In this document: in pieces, positions 47,801-57,068 of the stretch | Numbering within the stretch: the stretch's first letter is position 1 | Layout: each line of letters begins with the position of its first letter | Assembly (NCBI GenBank): GCA_934157235.1 | Contig: CAKPHH010000003.1 | Coordinates: 39,975 to 103,974, forward strand | Reading direction: 5' to 3' | Source of the DNA: an uncultured Bacilli bacterium | Lineage (GTDB): Bacteria; Bacillota_I; Bacilli_A; RF39; UBA660 | DNA: 64,000 nt | Program-made: the position numbers and the translations under genes | Notes under the pieces: model-generated | The model's database searches: none | What the model saw: the letters and a program-made list of their open reading frames with translations, nothing else | What the model was told of the DNA's origin: nothing

Positions 47801-48535
47801 ATCTTTATTGACTGAGTTGTTTCTGTTATTAGCTCTGTAATCTTTTATTAAAGCTACTAAAGTTTTATAGAAATAATGACCATCATAACTATAATACTTT
47901 CCTTCACTTAACATATCTGGTTTAGGACCAATGGTACTTCCGGATGATCCTGAGTATCCTTCTTGAATTTTGGAAACATAATTATGTCGTATAGTTTCAC
48001 TAGTTATTGTATATGAGGCACTTGATTTTACCCAAGTGATTGGAACTATCTCACAATTTTCATAAGTTATCCATCCTGTAAAGTTAGCAATTGTTACTTT
48101 AACAACCCAAGTTCCTTTTGAAGAATAAGCCGAATCTATTAAGACACCATCTACGCCACCATATCTACTATAGTTGTTCATATAGGTATAATTATAAGTT
48201 AAATCACTGGTATCATAATATTTAACATAGCTTGTAGTGTGAACACTTAAATCAACTAAGGCAACATTAGCATCAATAATTGTAGTTGCACCATTGATTT
48301 TAGTTAGGACAGCTAAGTCATTAGCCCCATTTTTAATCATGGCACTTTTAGCTTCTGCATAAGTGCTGTAGCAGCCTACAGGATCAATAACGCCATCGGC
48401 ATGAAAGCCTGCTACTTCATAGGCTCCACACAAATTACGATTTTTATAATCTTCTTTAGAAAAGGCAGAAACATTCAATGCGTTCATGAAAAATAGTGAA
48501 ATTATAAAAACTGATAAATAAAATATTTTTTTCAT
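44807..48535 (-). CDS. Secreted cell-wall hydrolase: GH73 N-acetylglucosaminidase domain + SH3-like regions + three Ig-like repeats + C-terminal beta-rich domains
   Basis: Signal peptide MKKIFYLSVFIISLFFMNALNVSA. GH73-like core YGVNAILSLSLSRNETGHGRSYLAIVNNNGFGLNAVD. Three ~76-aa repeats contain DIDKVGTYQVTYQATDS. Confidence 0.75.
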   Translation of the reverse strand: MKKIFYLSVFIISLFFMNALNVSAFSKEDYKNRNLCGAYEVAGFHADGVIDPVGCYSTYAEAKSAMIKNGANDLAVLTKINGATTIIDANVALVDLSVHTTSYVKYYDTSDLTYNYTYMNNYSRYGGVDGVLIDSAYSSKGTWVVKVTIANFTGWITYENCEIVPITWVKSSASYTITSETIRHNYVSKIQEGYSGSSGSTIGPKPDMLSEGKYYSYDGHYFYKTLVALIKDYRANNRNNSVNKDNPYYNYYMYLSNHSRTSYSSANIDEYIRNNMGITQDSYGKASRNGNSRLYGKGQFFYYAQEKYGVNAILSLSLSRNETGHGRSYLAIVNNNGFGLNAVDTNPIEGANWYASFASSILGYASTYVTYGFSHPRSWKYFGSQFGDKRLGQNVKYASDPYWSEKMAASYYSMDKAKGLQDYNFYQLGVVTASVDTRSDATNSAKFVYKYTEAGDALVIIGEKKGQSINGNTTWYKVVSDLNIDSNFNEITSGDYNWNSYVYVPAAYVLKINKGKNGYISPNDVTEYIDKYYKYDLYDSNNILKPKVAKTIKNTPYYYDSALQTKKGLTVLKDRYVMVYAAAYENNKPVSYLVTSDYFKDQKDWVSADSLDFITSEYGKMYMNLDGCYYNEVNSEPIELTTNVISGLYHNSYVPIFEQKTVDGRLWYKIPVNLTGNTNVYGWVLAKTNDAGFTVSKYETDNTPPVIHASEKTIVQGTKIDLLNGVSATDKEDGKAKVIVLNSNLDIDKVGTYQVTYQATDSKNKSTTLTITITVTENKKPVITAENIVITQGLPFDPKKYATATDEEDGKLEVTVSDNKVDIDKVGTYQVTYQATDSYKQTITKTINVTVVANQLPTIIATDKIVYLNEDFNRLDGVRATDPEDGDISKKVKAIADTVDITKIGEYKIIYEVADTYGNKVTKEIKVTVTEKKLIKTDGRFYFDYLKEVNNKLQLRGYLTIDGMDNTLNENISYKIRFVDEAGKSFEQNATRIKDLTGITRPISSPDGHKYTHSWFYIDIDIDSLPRANYTMYIIAESDKNYSKVLVTNKLYKTEVTGHETTKTTVSIKNNYGNKTSAVTLYIRDDFPTKTVGSYYNQFDTWRTLEFVDGKLHLKGVSYSYGMDLSPTAKVERKIIFENKSTLKTYSFDLGSITNGLYKVALPESDNLDKTRAWYDAKVDLSKLEKGTYSIFITTKSNKVDIAELTDNLRRDLSAKKATINDKNYQLKLDTKNGNNIELTVS
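45745..46430 (-). repeat. Three tandem ~230-bp coding repeats (Ig-like / DUF5011-type modules)
   Basis: Near-identical DNA blocks, e.g. GTTGCTTGATATGTTACTTGATAAGTTCCTACTTTATC near 46030 and again near 46260. The third copy is more diverged. Confidence 0.8.
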
Positions 48536-48670
48536 TTTCTACCTCCATCATATTAACTCTATTATATTATAACATTTTTAGAATGATTACTTAACTTCTT
48601 TAAGTTTATTTATGGTATTTTGACATGATTTGACATTTACAGATTGAATTATATAAAGTAGGATAGAAAC

Positions 48671-48699
48671 TTGATATATTAGAAAAAATTGAGTATAAT
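48671..48699 (+). promoter_or_regulatory. Sigma-A-type promoter of the LCP gene
   Basis: TTGATA (48671-48676), a 17-nt spacer, then TATAAT (48694-48699). A GGAGG RBS lies at about 48724. Confidence 0.55.
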
Positions 48700-48737
48700 A
48701 TTAGTTGTATAATTTGGACATTTGGAGGCTTTTAGGT

Positions 48738-50732
48738 ATGACTAAAGAAAAAGAAACAAAGAATAAACCAATATTAAAAATAGTAATCACAATATTATCA
48801 GTTATTGCACTTTTAAGTAGTGCTTTTGCGATATATGAATTATTAATGTTAGTATCGATTGAAGACATGCTTAGATACATAGTTATTGGAATCTTAATAA
48901 TTCTAGATTTATTGATTATCCATAAGACTAGAGGCATCTGGAAAAAAAGGCCTAAAAAGAAACGGTCTAAACGAATTGGATATATCATATTTATGGTTTT
49001 ATATACTATTATTTGTATGGCTATTGGTCTTGTAATATTTTATGTATACGGAAAACTAGGTAATATGAATAAAGATAAAGTTATTTATTCTTCTAGTGTT
49101 GTGGTAATGGCAAATAAAGAAGTTACTAAGATTAGTGATCTTAAGAATTTTAAGATTGGAGTACTTGATAAGAATAACAAAAAGTCACCTGATGGATATA
49201 TTATTCCACAAGAAATTATTAAAGATAACAAATTATATGATGAGAATGAAATTATTGATTATGGCGATTATCAATCAATGATTGCTGATTTATATGTAAA
49301 GAGTATTGATGCAGTTATTTTACCTACTAATTATCCGTCAATGTTTGCTACTATTAGTGGATATGAAGAAATTGGTACGGATACTAAAATAATTGCAACT
49401 AAAGAAAAAGAAATGAAAAAGACTGAAACCAGTGAAGTTGAGACAGCCTCTACTGGTAAGTTAGTTACAGAGCCATTTACAATGTTACTTATGGGTATTG
49501 ATTCTACCGATGAGGTACTTGAGAAAAATGCGATTGCGAATGGTGATACTTTAATAGTAGTTACTTTTAATCCTAAAACTTTAAATGCTACAATGTTATC
49601 TATTCCTCGAGATAGTTATGTACCTATTGCTTGTTGGTCTAATAAAGCAGAAAATAAAATAACACATGCGGCAGGATATGGTAATGATTGTATAATAAAT
49701 ACAATTGAACAATACTTAGGTATTAATATTGACTATTATGCGAAAATTAATTTTAAGGGTTTAGTTAAATTAGTTAATGCCGTTGATGGGGTTCAAATCG
49801 ATGTAAAACAACAATTATGTACAGATGATTCTTCTAGAGACGGTCAAATTTGTATTAATCCAGGTTATCAGACTCTAGATGGTGAACAAGCTTTAGTTTA
49901 TGCCAGAAATAGAAAAGCATTAGTAAATGGAGATTTCGGCAGAAATCAACATCAACAAGAAATTGTTATTGCTTTAGCAGATAAGATTAAAACTGTTAAT
50001 AGTGTTTCTAAATTTATGGAGATTTTTGATACAGTTTCTAATAGTTTAGATACAAACTTAACAAAACAACAAATGTTATCATTCTATAATATAATTAAAG
50101 ATATCGTTAAAAAGAGTTTATCATCAGATGAAGCTAACTTAATCAATATTCAACAATTATACTTAGCCGGAAATAGTCAAATGATTTATGATGAAAGAAT
50201 GAGAATGGTATTATATAATTATATTCCAAATGAAAATAGTCGTAAGGATATAGTTCAAGCTATGAAAGAAAACTTAGAATTAGCTGAACATAAAGCTGTT
50301 ACACAGTTTAATTTCTCTATTAATTCACCTTATGAAAAAGAAGTTATTGGTAAAGGTCCTTATAGAACATCTAGTTTATATACTCTAGTTCCTAACTTTA
50401 TAGGCAGTACAGAAGCTCAAGCCAGAGCAACTGCTAATAGATTGGGAATTTCGGTTGTATTTACTGGAGATAGTACAGGTATAGTTACAAATCAAAATTA
50501 TCCAGCTTCGAAGAGAGTTGATTTAATTAGAGGTAGCATTACATTAACATTATCTAATCCAAATAAAAAACCAGCAAAAAAAGATGATAAAGACGATAAG
50601 AAAGATGATAAAGGCGATAAGTCTGATGACAATGACGATACTAAGAATGACGATAAGGGCGATAGTAAAAATGATGATAAATCTGATAACAATACTGGCG
50701 GAGCGTCAACTGGTAGCAACACTACAGAATAG
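48738..50732 (+). CDS. LytR-CpsA-Psr (LCP) family glycopolymer transferase with an extra SBP-like module, a C-terminal PASTA-like module and an Asp/Lys-rich tail
   Basis: LCP core FTMLLMGIDS...GDTLIVVTFNPKTLNATMLSIPRDSYV...INFKGLVKLVNAVDGV...GEQALVYARNRK. Start at ATG 48738 after GGAGG. The track ORF starts at TTG 48705. Confidence 0.85.
   Translation: MTKEKETKNKPILKIVITILSVIALLSSAFAIYELLMLVSIEDMLRYIVIGILIILDLLIIHKTRGIWKKRPKKKRSKRIGYIIFMVLYTIICMAIGLVIFYVYGKLGNMNKDKVIYSSSVVVMANKEVTKISDLKNFKIGVLDKNNKKSPDGYIIPQEIIKDNKLYDENEIIDYGDYQSMIADLYVKSIDAVILPTNYPSMFATISGYEEIGTDTKIIATKEKEMKKTETSEVETASTGKLVTEPFTMLLMGIDSTDEVLEKNAIANGDTLIVVTFNPKTLNATMLSIPRDSYVPIACWSNKAENKITHAAGYGNDCIINTIEQYLGINIDYYAKINFKGLVKLVNAVDGVQIDVKQQLCTDDSSRDGQICINPGYQTLDGEQALVYARNRKALVNGDFGRNQHQQEIVIALADKIKTVNSVSKFMEIFDTVSNSLDTNLTKQQMLSFYNIIKDIVKKSLSSDEANLINIQQLYLAGNSQMIYDERMRMVLYNYIPNENSRKDIVQAMKENLELAEHKAVTQFNFSINSPYEKEVIGKGPYRTSSLYTLVPNFIGSTEAQARATANRLGISVVFTGDSTGIVTNQNYPASKRVDLIRGSITLTLSNPNKKPAKKDDKDDKKDDKGDKSDDNDDTKNDDKGDSKNDDKSDNNTGGASTGSNTTE
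50578..50692 (+). repeat. Low-complexity GAT/AAA-rich coding tract (KKDDKDDKKDDKGDKSDDNDDTKNDDKGDSKNDDKSD)
   Basis: Read directly from the sequence. It consists of imperfect GATGATAAAG/GACGATAAG units. Confidence 0.8.
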
Positions 50733-50771
50733 CACAATAAAAGAACATTTCAATTTTGAAATGTTCTTTTT

Positions 50772-51395
50772 TTATTTTAATTCTACTAAGTATAGTTTTT
50801 TATCTTTATTAACAAATACTAGGTTAGCCTCTTTTTGATAGTTTGCAAATTCTTCATCAGTATAATCCCAACTAACTTTCACTTTATAAGCATTTTCATC
50901 AATTATATTATTGTAAGTAAAAGAGGTTTTTTCGATATTATCTACTGTTACTGTATTTACGGTAGGTAGACTTTGTTTTCTGTTGTTATAGACATTGCTT
51001 TCAACATACTTGTAAAATGTATCCTCGGCGTTTTCTAAGAAGTTATTTAAAATATCAGGGTAAACTATATCTACTCCACCAACGTCTGTCTTAGCAGTTT
51101 TGTCAGATAGCGAATAGAAATCAACGATAAACATTTCAGCTAATTTAGAGGCATAGTCTTCATAATTAACTTTATCTTTTTCTAAGATTTTTACTAAGTC
51201 TTTAAATAACGCTTGATACTTTTTACTCTTATTGTCTTTAAGAACATAACCATACTCTTTTATTTCTTTTAGTACTTTTGCTTCCTTTATAGTTGGCTTA
51301 GAAAAGGCTTTATAAGCAAATATAGAAGCTACTGTTAATAGTATTACTATTAAAGCAATTATTAGGATTACTTTAACTCTTTTTTTTAGTTTCAT
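50772..51395 (-). CDS. Hypothetical membrane-anchored exported protein
   Basis: Single N-terminal TM (VILIIALIVILLTVASIFAY). Overlaps the 3' end of ltaS by 23 nt, giving an operon-like arrangement. No family recognised. Confidence 0.45.
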   Translation of the reverse strand: MKLKKRVKVILIIALIVILLTVASIFAYKAFSKPTIKEAKVLKEIKEYGYVLKDNKSKKYQALFKDLVKILEKDKVNYEDYASKLAEMFIVDFYSLSDKTAKTDVGGVDIVYPDILNNFLENAEDTFYKYVESNVYNNRKQSLPTVNTVTVDNIEKTSFTYNNIIDENAYKVKVSWDYTDEEFANYQKEANLVFVNKDKKLYLVELK

Positions 51396-53484
51396 TATTA
51401 TTCCCCTTTTCTACTTGTTCTATTGTAATTTTATTTTCTTCATTCTTATCTAAGAGGTTGAAGACAATTATATTATTTGAAACATCTAATAAATTATTAG
51501 TATACTCAGTATTCTTTTTTATTTCTTCTTCGCTTATAGCTTCACCATTTAAGGATAGATATTCTATTTTTTGGCTATTATAATAAGCTTTATTAGTAAC
51601 CCAGTTTCCATTAGGGAAGCAAACTATGTTACTACCAAGTACGTTAAAGATATCGTTACCTAATTGATATTCATTATAGAAACCAAACATGTTACCAAGT
51701 GTTGGCATAGCGTCATACATACCCATAACTTCTTTTACTTCCATATTGTACTTTGTACCAGCCATATCTTTGGTCCAAATTATGAATGGTACTTTGCGAC
51801 CTAATTCATATTGATATGAATCATATTCTTTGTAATTTGGATCATTTTTATCTAAAATAGAATTAGTTTCTTTATTGTAATTGTATAATAAATTATAATC
51901 TTTTCTAGGTAATCTGGCATCATGGTCACCATATAAGACAATAACTGTATCATCTAGTAAACCATTTGTTTCTAAATCTTCAAGTAGTTGGCCCAAGGCA
52001 CTATCAGCATAATGAACGGATTTAAAATAGTTTCCTAATTTTGTACCTTCCATATAGGGATGAGATATTTCTTCAGTTGTGCCATCTTCTTTAGTGATAG
52101 TTTCTTTCATATCTACGGCGAACTCTCCATACTTAGCAGTATCAGAGAATGGTGTATGGTTTGTTAACATGATCATAACACCATACCAGTTATCATATTT
52201 GTTATTGATATTAACTAGCTTAGGAATAGATTGTTTAAAGAATTCTTTATCTGATAAACCTAGTCCAATTGAAGTCTCTGGTGTTACTTCGTAATCGCTC
52301 TTACTATAGAATTTTTTATAGCCTAGGCTCTTATGCATAGTACGACGATTCCAAAAATCAGCTTTGTTAGCATGCATACTAAATGTATAATATCCTTGTT
52401 CACTTAATAGTTTAGGAATTGAATTATAAGTTCTGTTATAGTAAGCAACAAAGGCTGTACCTGACTTAGTTGGCATTAGTGATGTTGAAAAAGTTAATTC
52501 TGTATCACTACTTGTTCCTACACTAACTTGGGAATAAAAGTTTGAGAAGTACATTCCTTCTTTAGCTAATTTATTTAAAGTAGGACTTACTGCTTCTCCA
52601 TTAAATTCTAATCCAATAACGTTATTTTGCATACTTTCAGCATGAATTACTAGAATATTCTTGTCTTTAAAGATATTAGTATATTCATTAGTCTTTTGCC
52701 CTTTTCTATTAGCAAAATAGTCATTGAAGCTTTTCTTAGCTTTATCATAACCGAACATAGAATTTAGTTTTGGTTGAATGGAAGTAATTAAATCATTACT
52801 TTGATAAATATATATACCAAATCTAGTAACGATATATTCTTTATTCCATTGTTTTACAAATCTTGAAACATCTAATGATGTAAGTGTTATAATAAATAGA
52901 CCTAAAATAGCAGATCCAGTAATAAGAGTCTTAGTCATTTTCTTTTTACGCTCTGTTTTAGTTTCGATCTTCTTATAATAATTTTTCTTTTTTAATTTAA
53001 TATGAACAAAAATTAAAACCAAAGGTCCAATCACATATATTAAATCTTTTAGTTGTAAGACATTTTCAACAACAGCATCACCGACATCACCAATATATTG
53101 TGTAAGAGATAGCATTGATACTGATGCAAAAGATGAATAGAATGTGTAATATACAGAGTTAATCATACATATTCCACTTAGGAATATGTCTAGTATCAAG
53201 TAATATGTAAATCTATTTTTAGGATGGAATAAATACCCAAATGAACCTAAAATAACAATTACAGCTAAATCTCCCATTATAGCTTTTATTGATAAGTAAT
53301 TTGCTAGAGAATTGATACAAAAAAATCTTAAGATTGTGGCATTTAATAAGCAAGTAATCATATATGTTATAAATATTTGATTGTTTTTGATATACTTGCT
53401 AATGACTTTTTTTTCTTTAGCATTTATTAGGGACTTTTTTATTTTGTCAAATGTATTTTGACATCTATATTTTATTCTTTTCAT
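51373..53484 (-). CDS. ltaS: Lipoteichoic acid synthase-family protein (LtaS-type sulfatase-fold)
   Basis: Five N-terminal TM helices. The exo-domain has ILVIHAESMQN, NFYSQVSVGTSSDTELTFSTSLMP (Thr nucleophile region) and VLYGDHD. Confidence 0.85.
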   Translation of the reverse strand: MKRIKYRCQNTFDKIKKSLINAKEKKVISKYIKNNQIFITYMITCLLNATILRFFCINSLANYLSIKAIMGDLAVIVILGSFGYLFHPKNRFTYYLILDIFLSGICMINSVYYTFYSSFASVSMLSLTQYIGDVGDAVVENVLQLKDLIYVIGPLVLIFVHIKLKKKNYYKKIETKTERKKKMTKTLITGSAILGLFIITLTSLDVSRFVKQWNKEYIVTRFGIYIYQSNDLITSIQPKLNSMFGYDKAKKSFNDYFANRKGQKTNEYTNIFKDKNILVIHAESMQNNVIGLEFNGEAVSPTLNKLAKEGMYFSNFYSQVSVGTSSDTELTFSTSLMPTKSGTAFVAYYNRTYNSIPKLLSEQGYYTFSMHANKADFWNRRTMHKSLGYKKFYSKSDYEVTPETSIGLGLSDKEFFKQSIPKLVNINNKYDNWYGVMIMLTNHTPFSDTAKYGEFAVDMKETITKEDGTTEEISHPYMEGTKLGNYFKSVHYADSALGQLLEDLETNGLLDDTVIVLYGDHDARLPRKDYNLLYNYNKETNSILDKNDPNYKEYDSYQYELGRKVPFIIWTKDMAGTKYNMEVKEVMGMYDAMPTLGNMFGFYNEYQLGNDIFNVLGSNIVCFPNGNWVTNKAYYNSQKIEYLSLNGEAISEEEIKKNTEYTNNLLDVSNNIIVFNLLDKNEENKITIEQVEKGNNNETKKKS

Positions 53485-53639
53485 TTCTCAAACCTCACGG
53501 TTATATTATAGCATTATAAGAAAATTTTTTCAATCTTTGCAAGTAAAAAGTACCTTTCTATAGTCAAGACATTCTAACACATTTAGATTTTATGTTGCTT
53601 AACTATAAAAAGATACTTATTTTATTTATTTGATTGGGC

Positions 53640-54461
53640 CTATTCTAAGGCTTTTTTATTTTGATAACTACCAGCATTTATTACTAAGCCTAGGACAAAT
53701 ATGTAAGATAACATATAAACCCATAATAGAAGGATTATAATATTAGACATACTTCCATAGAAAATATCATACTTAGTAAAAGTATTTAGGTAGAAGGAAT
53801 ATATTTCTGAACAGATAATCCAACTGATTGTTGTAAATATAGCGCCATGGGTTGTTGTAGAACCTTCTATTTCTTCATCTGGAGCAATTACATAGATTAG
53901 TTTGATATTGAAATAAATTATTATGATACTTATTGGGTATTTTAATAACTTATATATTTTGTAAAAGAAAAGTACTGTCTTAGAGTTATCAAAAGATGTA
54001 GTAAGTAAACTAAATATGCTATCACCAAAGACTGGAACTATTAAAAGGAAGAAGATTATTTCAACTAGGACAAAAGTCATCATAATAGCTTTTATTCGAC
54101 GTCTAATTACATCACGAGGAGTTATTTTATAGATTTCATTGGAAGCGACTATTATGGAATGAGTACCATTAGAAGCTAAAATGAAAGCTGAGAAAAAGAA
54201 GACACCAATATTAAAGTTTAGCCCTTCTCCTGATAAAATACTTTCAATAAAGTTTTCTACTCCATCAGGAACAGAAACATTTAGAGCACTTTGAATAACC
54301 TCTACAGAGATAGATAGTTTTGTCGCTATAGCTCCTAATAAAGCAATTATAGGAATTAGTGACATGACAAAGAAAAAAGCGAGATGTCCGGGTAGTATTC
54401 TCATTTCAGGCTTTTTGATTAATTCAGTTGCTTTTTTTAAGAACCCTTTTGCTCGCTCCAT
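53640..54461 (-). CDS. YihY/BrkB-family membrane protein
   Basis: RILPGHLAFFFVMSLIPIIALLG start motif and 6 TM helices. Confidence 0.75.
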   Translation of the reverse strand: MERAKGFLKKATELIKKPEMRILPGHLAFFFVMSLIPIIALLGAIATKLSISVEVIQSALNVSVPDGVENFIESILSGEGLNFNIGVFFFSAFILASNGTHSIIVASNEIYKITPRDVIRRRIKAIMMTFVLVEIIFFLLIVPVFGDSIFSLLTTSFDNSKTVLFFYKIYKLLKYPISIIIIYFNIKLIYVIAPDEEIEGSTTTHGAIFTTISWIICSEIYSFYLNTFTKYDIFYGSMSNIIILLLWVYMLSYIFVLGLVINAGSYQNKKALE

Positions 54462-54474
54462 TTTTATCGACCTC

Positions 54475-56517
54475 TTATTTTAAATCTTCTTTATTTGCTA
54501 TCATTTGAATAGTTGCTTCATTAATAGCGTCATCTAAAGTTTTTATTTTATCTAAAATCATACTATAACCAACGGCTGCTCCAAATTCATGTGGAAGGCC
54601 TTTCATTTCTTTAGCTATTTTCTTGGTATAAGTTTCTACTTGTCTTTCACTATAACCAACTAAATAAATTAAGAATTCATTACCATCAGTACGCATTATT
54701 TCACTATTTTCTAGTTGAGTATTAACTAAGATACCAGCTGCTTTAATGATTAATTGGTCTCCTTCTTCATGACCAAAATTATCATTTACATATTTGACAT
54801 TATTTAAATCAACCATAACAATGGCTTGTGGGAATACATTACATTCTTCCCATTCTGGCATTTTAGCGTTTAAGTAATTTCTATTTTTTAATGATGTTAA
54901 CATATCTGTATACTTATGTCTTTCACTAACTTTTACTTTTTTAACTTTTCTCTTTTTCTTTAGAATTAGATACATTATTAGTAAAATGATTAGTGGGATA
55001 AAGACAATTGCTAAAACAATAGTATATACTTGTTGGAATGTTGAACCTTCTAAAATAGAAGCATGTAAGTTTTCAATACCAGCATTACGATAATTGTAAT
55101 ATGAGTTAGTATTTATAATATAGTTGAATAAATCATAGAAGGCTTCGTTATCCTTTTTAACCATAAATTTATAATCATTTAACATATTATCTATATATAG
55201 AAGGTTAAAGCTTTTAAATTTAGTAGTTTGATAATTATTATATATTTCTCTATCTAGAACTATCATTTTATTTGATGCATTAGCTAGTAATTGATCTATA
55301 TTGTCATAACCTTTGATATTAGCACGAGAATTTGTTGAGAAATAGTTATATAAAGAATCTTCTTTTAACATAACTATATCTTGGCCTTTTAAACTTTCAA
55401 AGGAGTTAACAATATGATTATCTTTTTGATAGCCTAGAACTACGTATTGTTCAATAAAGGTTGATAAAGTTGCATAATATTTATCATTGTTGTAGTTATA
55501 ATAGTCAAAATAAACATCTATTTCACCTTTATCAATAGCTTTTTGTAATTCTTCTTTAGACTTATATTCTTTGTATTTAAAGTTAATATCAGCCAAACGT
55601 GAAATACGATCTACATATTCCCCTGCTATACCGGCTAGTTTTCCATTTACTAGTACTTCATAAGGAGCATTAGTAACAAAACCATAGGTATAGTTTTTAG
55701 AGATTAGGGAAGCTTTCGTTTTGGCACTTAGATTATTCTTTAGTAAGTAATAATCTAGGTAAGCTTTATTGTACTCTTTAGTATAGACAGTTAAACGCCA
55801 TTTATTATAATATTTAGTTACTATTTTATTTAATTCTTCATTATTATTACTTAGAGTTAGGACTATTTGTTTTTTCATCTCAGTTAAGTAATAATTAATG
55901 TAGTATTTATTTTTTTCAATTGTATAGTCTAGGTACATAATATTTGGTACGACAATCATGTTCACTTCATTGTTATCTAAGGCAGTATATAGAGTTTGAA
56001 TGTCTTTATAGGACTTATATGATAAGTTATTACCACCTTTTAAGTAGTAACTTATTTCATCAGCATCATCTTCAAAAACTCCGAAGATAATATTACGCAT
56101 ATCTTTAGTACTATTTATTCTTTCATAGTTTTTTCCAACTATGATGTAGTTATCATTGAATAGGAATAAATTATTCTTACTTAGAGTGGCATCATTATCT
56201 AATATTTCAATACGATAACTTTCTGTTTTTGGAGTTGAGGTCTTTAAATAAGGAATTCTGTTGAATTCAATACCAACATTTTTTTGAAAATCATCTAGGA
56301 AATTAAAGATTACGCCATCGCCATTCATACCATATAAAGGATAATCGTTTATAACTTCAAAGTCATAAGTTTTATCTTTGTTCTTTTCAACCCATTTTTT
56401 TTCGGCAACTGTTAAAGTTGTCGTCTTATCTTCTTTGTTATAATGACGATAAACCAAGACAAATAAAACACTCGCTATTACTAATGGGATTAAAATCACT
56501 AATGCTTTTTTTCTCAT
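54475..56517 (-). CDS. Membrane sensor with two periplasmic SBP-like domains and a degenerate GGDEF domain (DGNEF)
   Basis: N-terminal TM, about 450-aa exo-region, second TM, then a GGDEF fold (MVDLNNVKYVNDNFGHEEGDQLI...MRTDGNEFLIYL). The GG(D/E)EF site reads DGNEF. Confidence 0.75.
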   Translation of the reverse strand: MRKKALVILIPLVIASVLFVLVYRHYNKEDKTTTLTVAEKKWVEKNKDKTYDFEVINDYPLYGMNGDGVIFNFLDDFQKNVGIEFNRIPYLKTSTPKTESYRIEILDNDATLSKNNLFLFNDNYIIVGKNYERINSTKDMRNIIFGVFEDDADEISYYLKGGNNLSYKSYKDIQTLYTALDNNEVNMIVVPNIMYLDYTIEKNKYYINYYLTEMKKQIVLTLSNNNEELNKIVTKYYNKWRLTVYTKEYNKAYLDYYLLKNNLSAKTKASLISKNYTYGFVTNAPYEVLVNGKLAGIAGEYVDRISRLADINFKYKEYKSKEELQKAIDKGEIDVYFDYYNYNNDKYYATLSTFIEQYVVLGYQKDNHIVNSFESLKGQDIVMLKEDSLYNYFSTNSRANIKGYDNIDQLLANASNKMIVLDREIYNNYQTTKFKSFNLLYIDNMLNDYKFMVKKDNEAFYDLFNYIINTNSYYNYRNAGIENLHASILEGSTFQQVYTIVLAIVFIPLIILLIMYLILKKKRKVKKVKVSERHKYTDMLTSLKNRNYLNAKMPEWEECNVFPQAIVMVDLNNVKYVNDNFGHEEGDQLIIKAAGILVNTQLENSEIMRTDGNEFLIYLVGYSERQVETYTKKIAKEMKGLPHEFGAAVGYSMILDKIKTLDDAINEATIQMIANKEDLK

Positions 56518-56987
56518 TTGGCACTTCCTGTTCTATTTTTTGTCCAAGTTATGCTACTTTTACTATGATGTTTGTAGCCTATAATTGGAAATTCAGTGGA
56601 AGTTTCTTCTTTAGTTACAAAAATTTGGAAGTCATAAAATTTTCTTTGAGCTTCACTGAATACTTCTAAGGACTTATCGCCATATTTTTTGGCAGTATCT
56701 ACAGAAACTTCTGGAGCAACTGTAATAATTAGTTCGACAGTTTTCCCAGAAACACGATAAGTAACATTTCTAACGGCATCTTCTTTAAATTTATCTTTTA
56801 AATTCGTAGAAGTTTTATTAGATATAGGTACTTTTTCAATTCCATCTAATCTATTCCCATAAATTGCTTTACCTGAATTTGGAAATAAAACGGTTTTTAT
56901 TGGAATTAATAATACTACAAATAATAGGAAAACTCCTATGACAATAAATATCTTTTTATTTTTCTTTATATATTTCAAAATCATCAC
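56514..56987 (-). CDS. Hypothetical membrane-anchored exported protein
   Basis: One N-terminal TM. Its stop overlaps the start of the GGDEF gene (ATGA-type overlap). No family recognised. Confidence 0.45.
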   Translation of the reverse strand: MMILKYIKKNKKIFIVIGVFLLFVVLLIPIKTVLFPNSGKAIYGNRLDGIEKVPISNKTSTNLKDKFKEDAVRNVTYRVSGKTVELIITVAPEVSVDTAKKYGDKSLEVFSEAQRKFYDFQIFVTKEETSTEFPIIGYKHHSKSSITWTKNRTGSAK

Positions 56988-57068
56988 ATCCTAGTATTTT
57001 TATTATACATCATATATATGCCTTTTTCAATTGGCAAATTGTTAGAGTATTTAGGTGTTATTTAAAAA

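Noticed and set aside
48701-48988. 95-aa minus-strand ORF overlapping the 5' end of the LCP gene.
   Set aside because: It is antisense to a well-supported LCP coding region and promoter. It is hydrophobic and low-complexity, with no RBS.
50498-50838. ORFs 50498-50737 (-) and 50584-50838 (+) over the Asp/Lys repeat tail of the LCP gene.
   Set aside because: They are alternative-frame or antisense readings of a low-complexity GAT/AAA repeat. They are artefacts of repeat composition.
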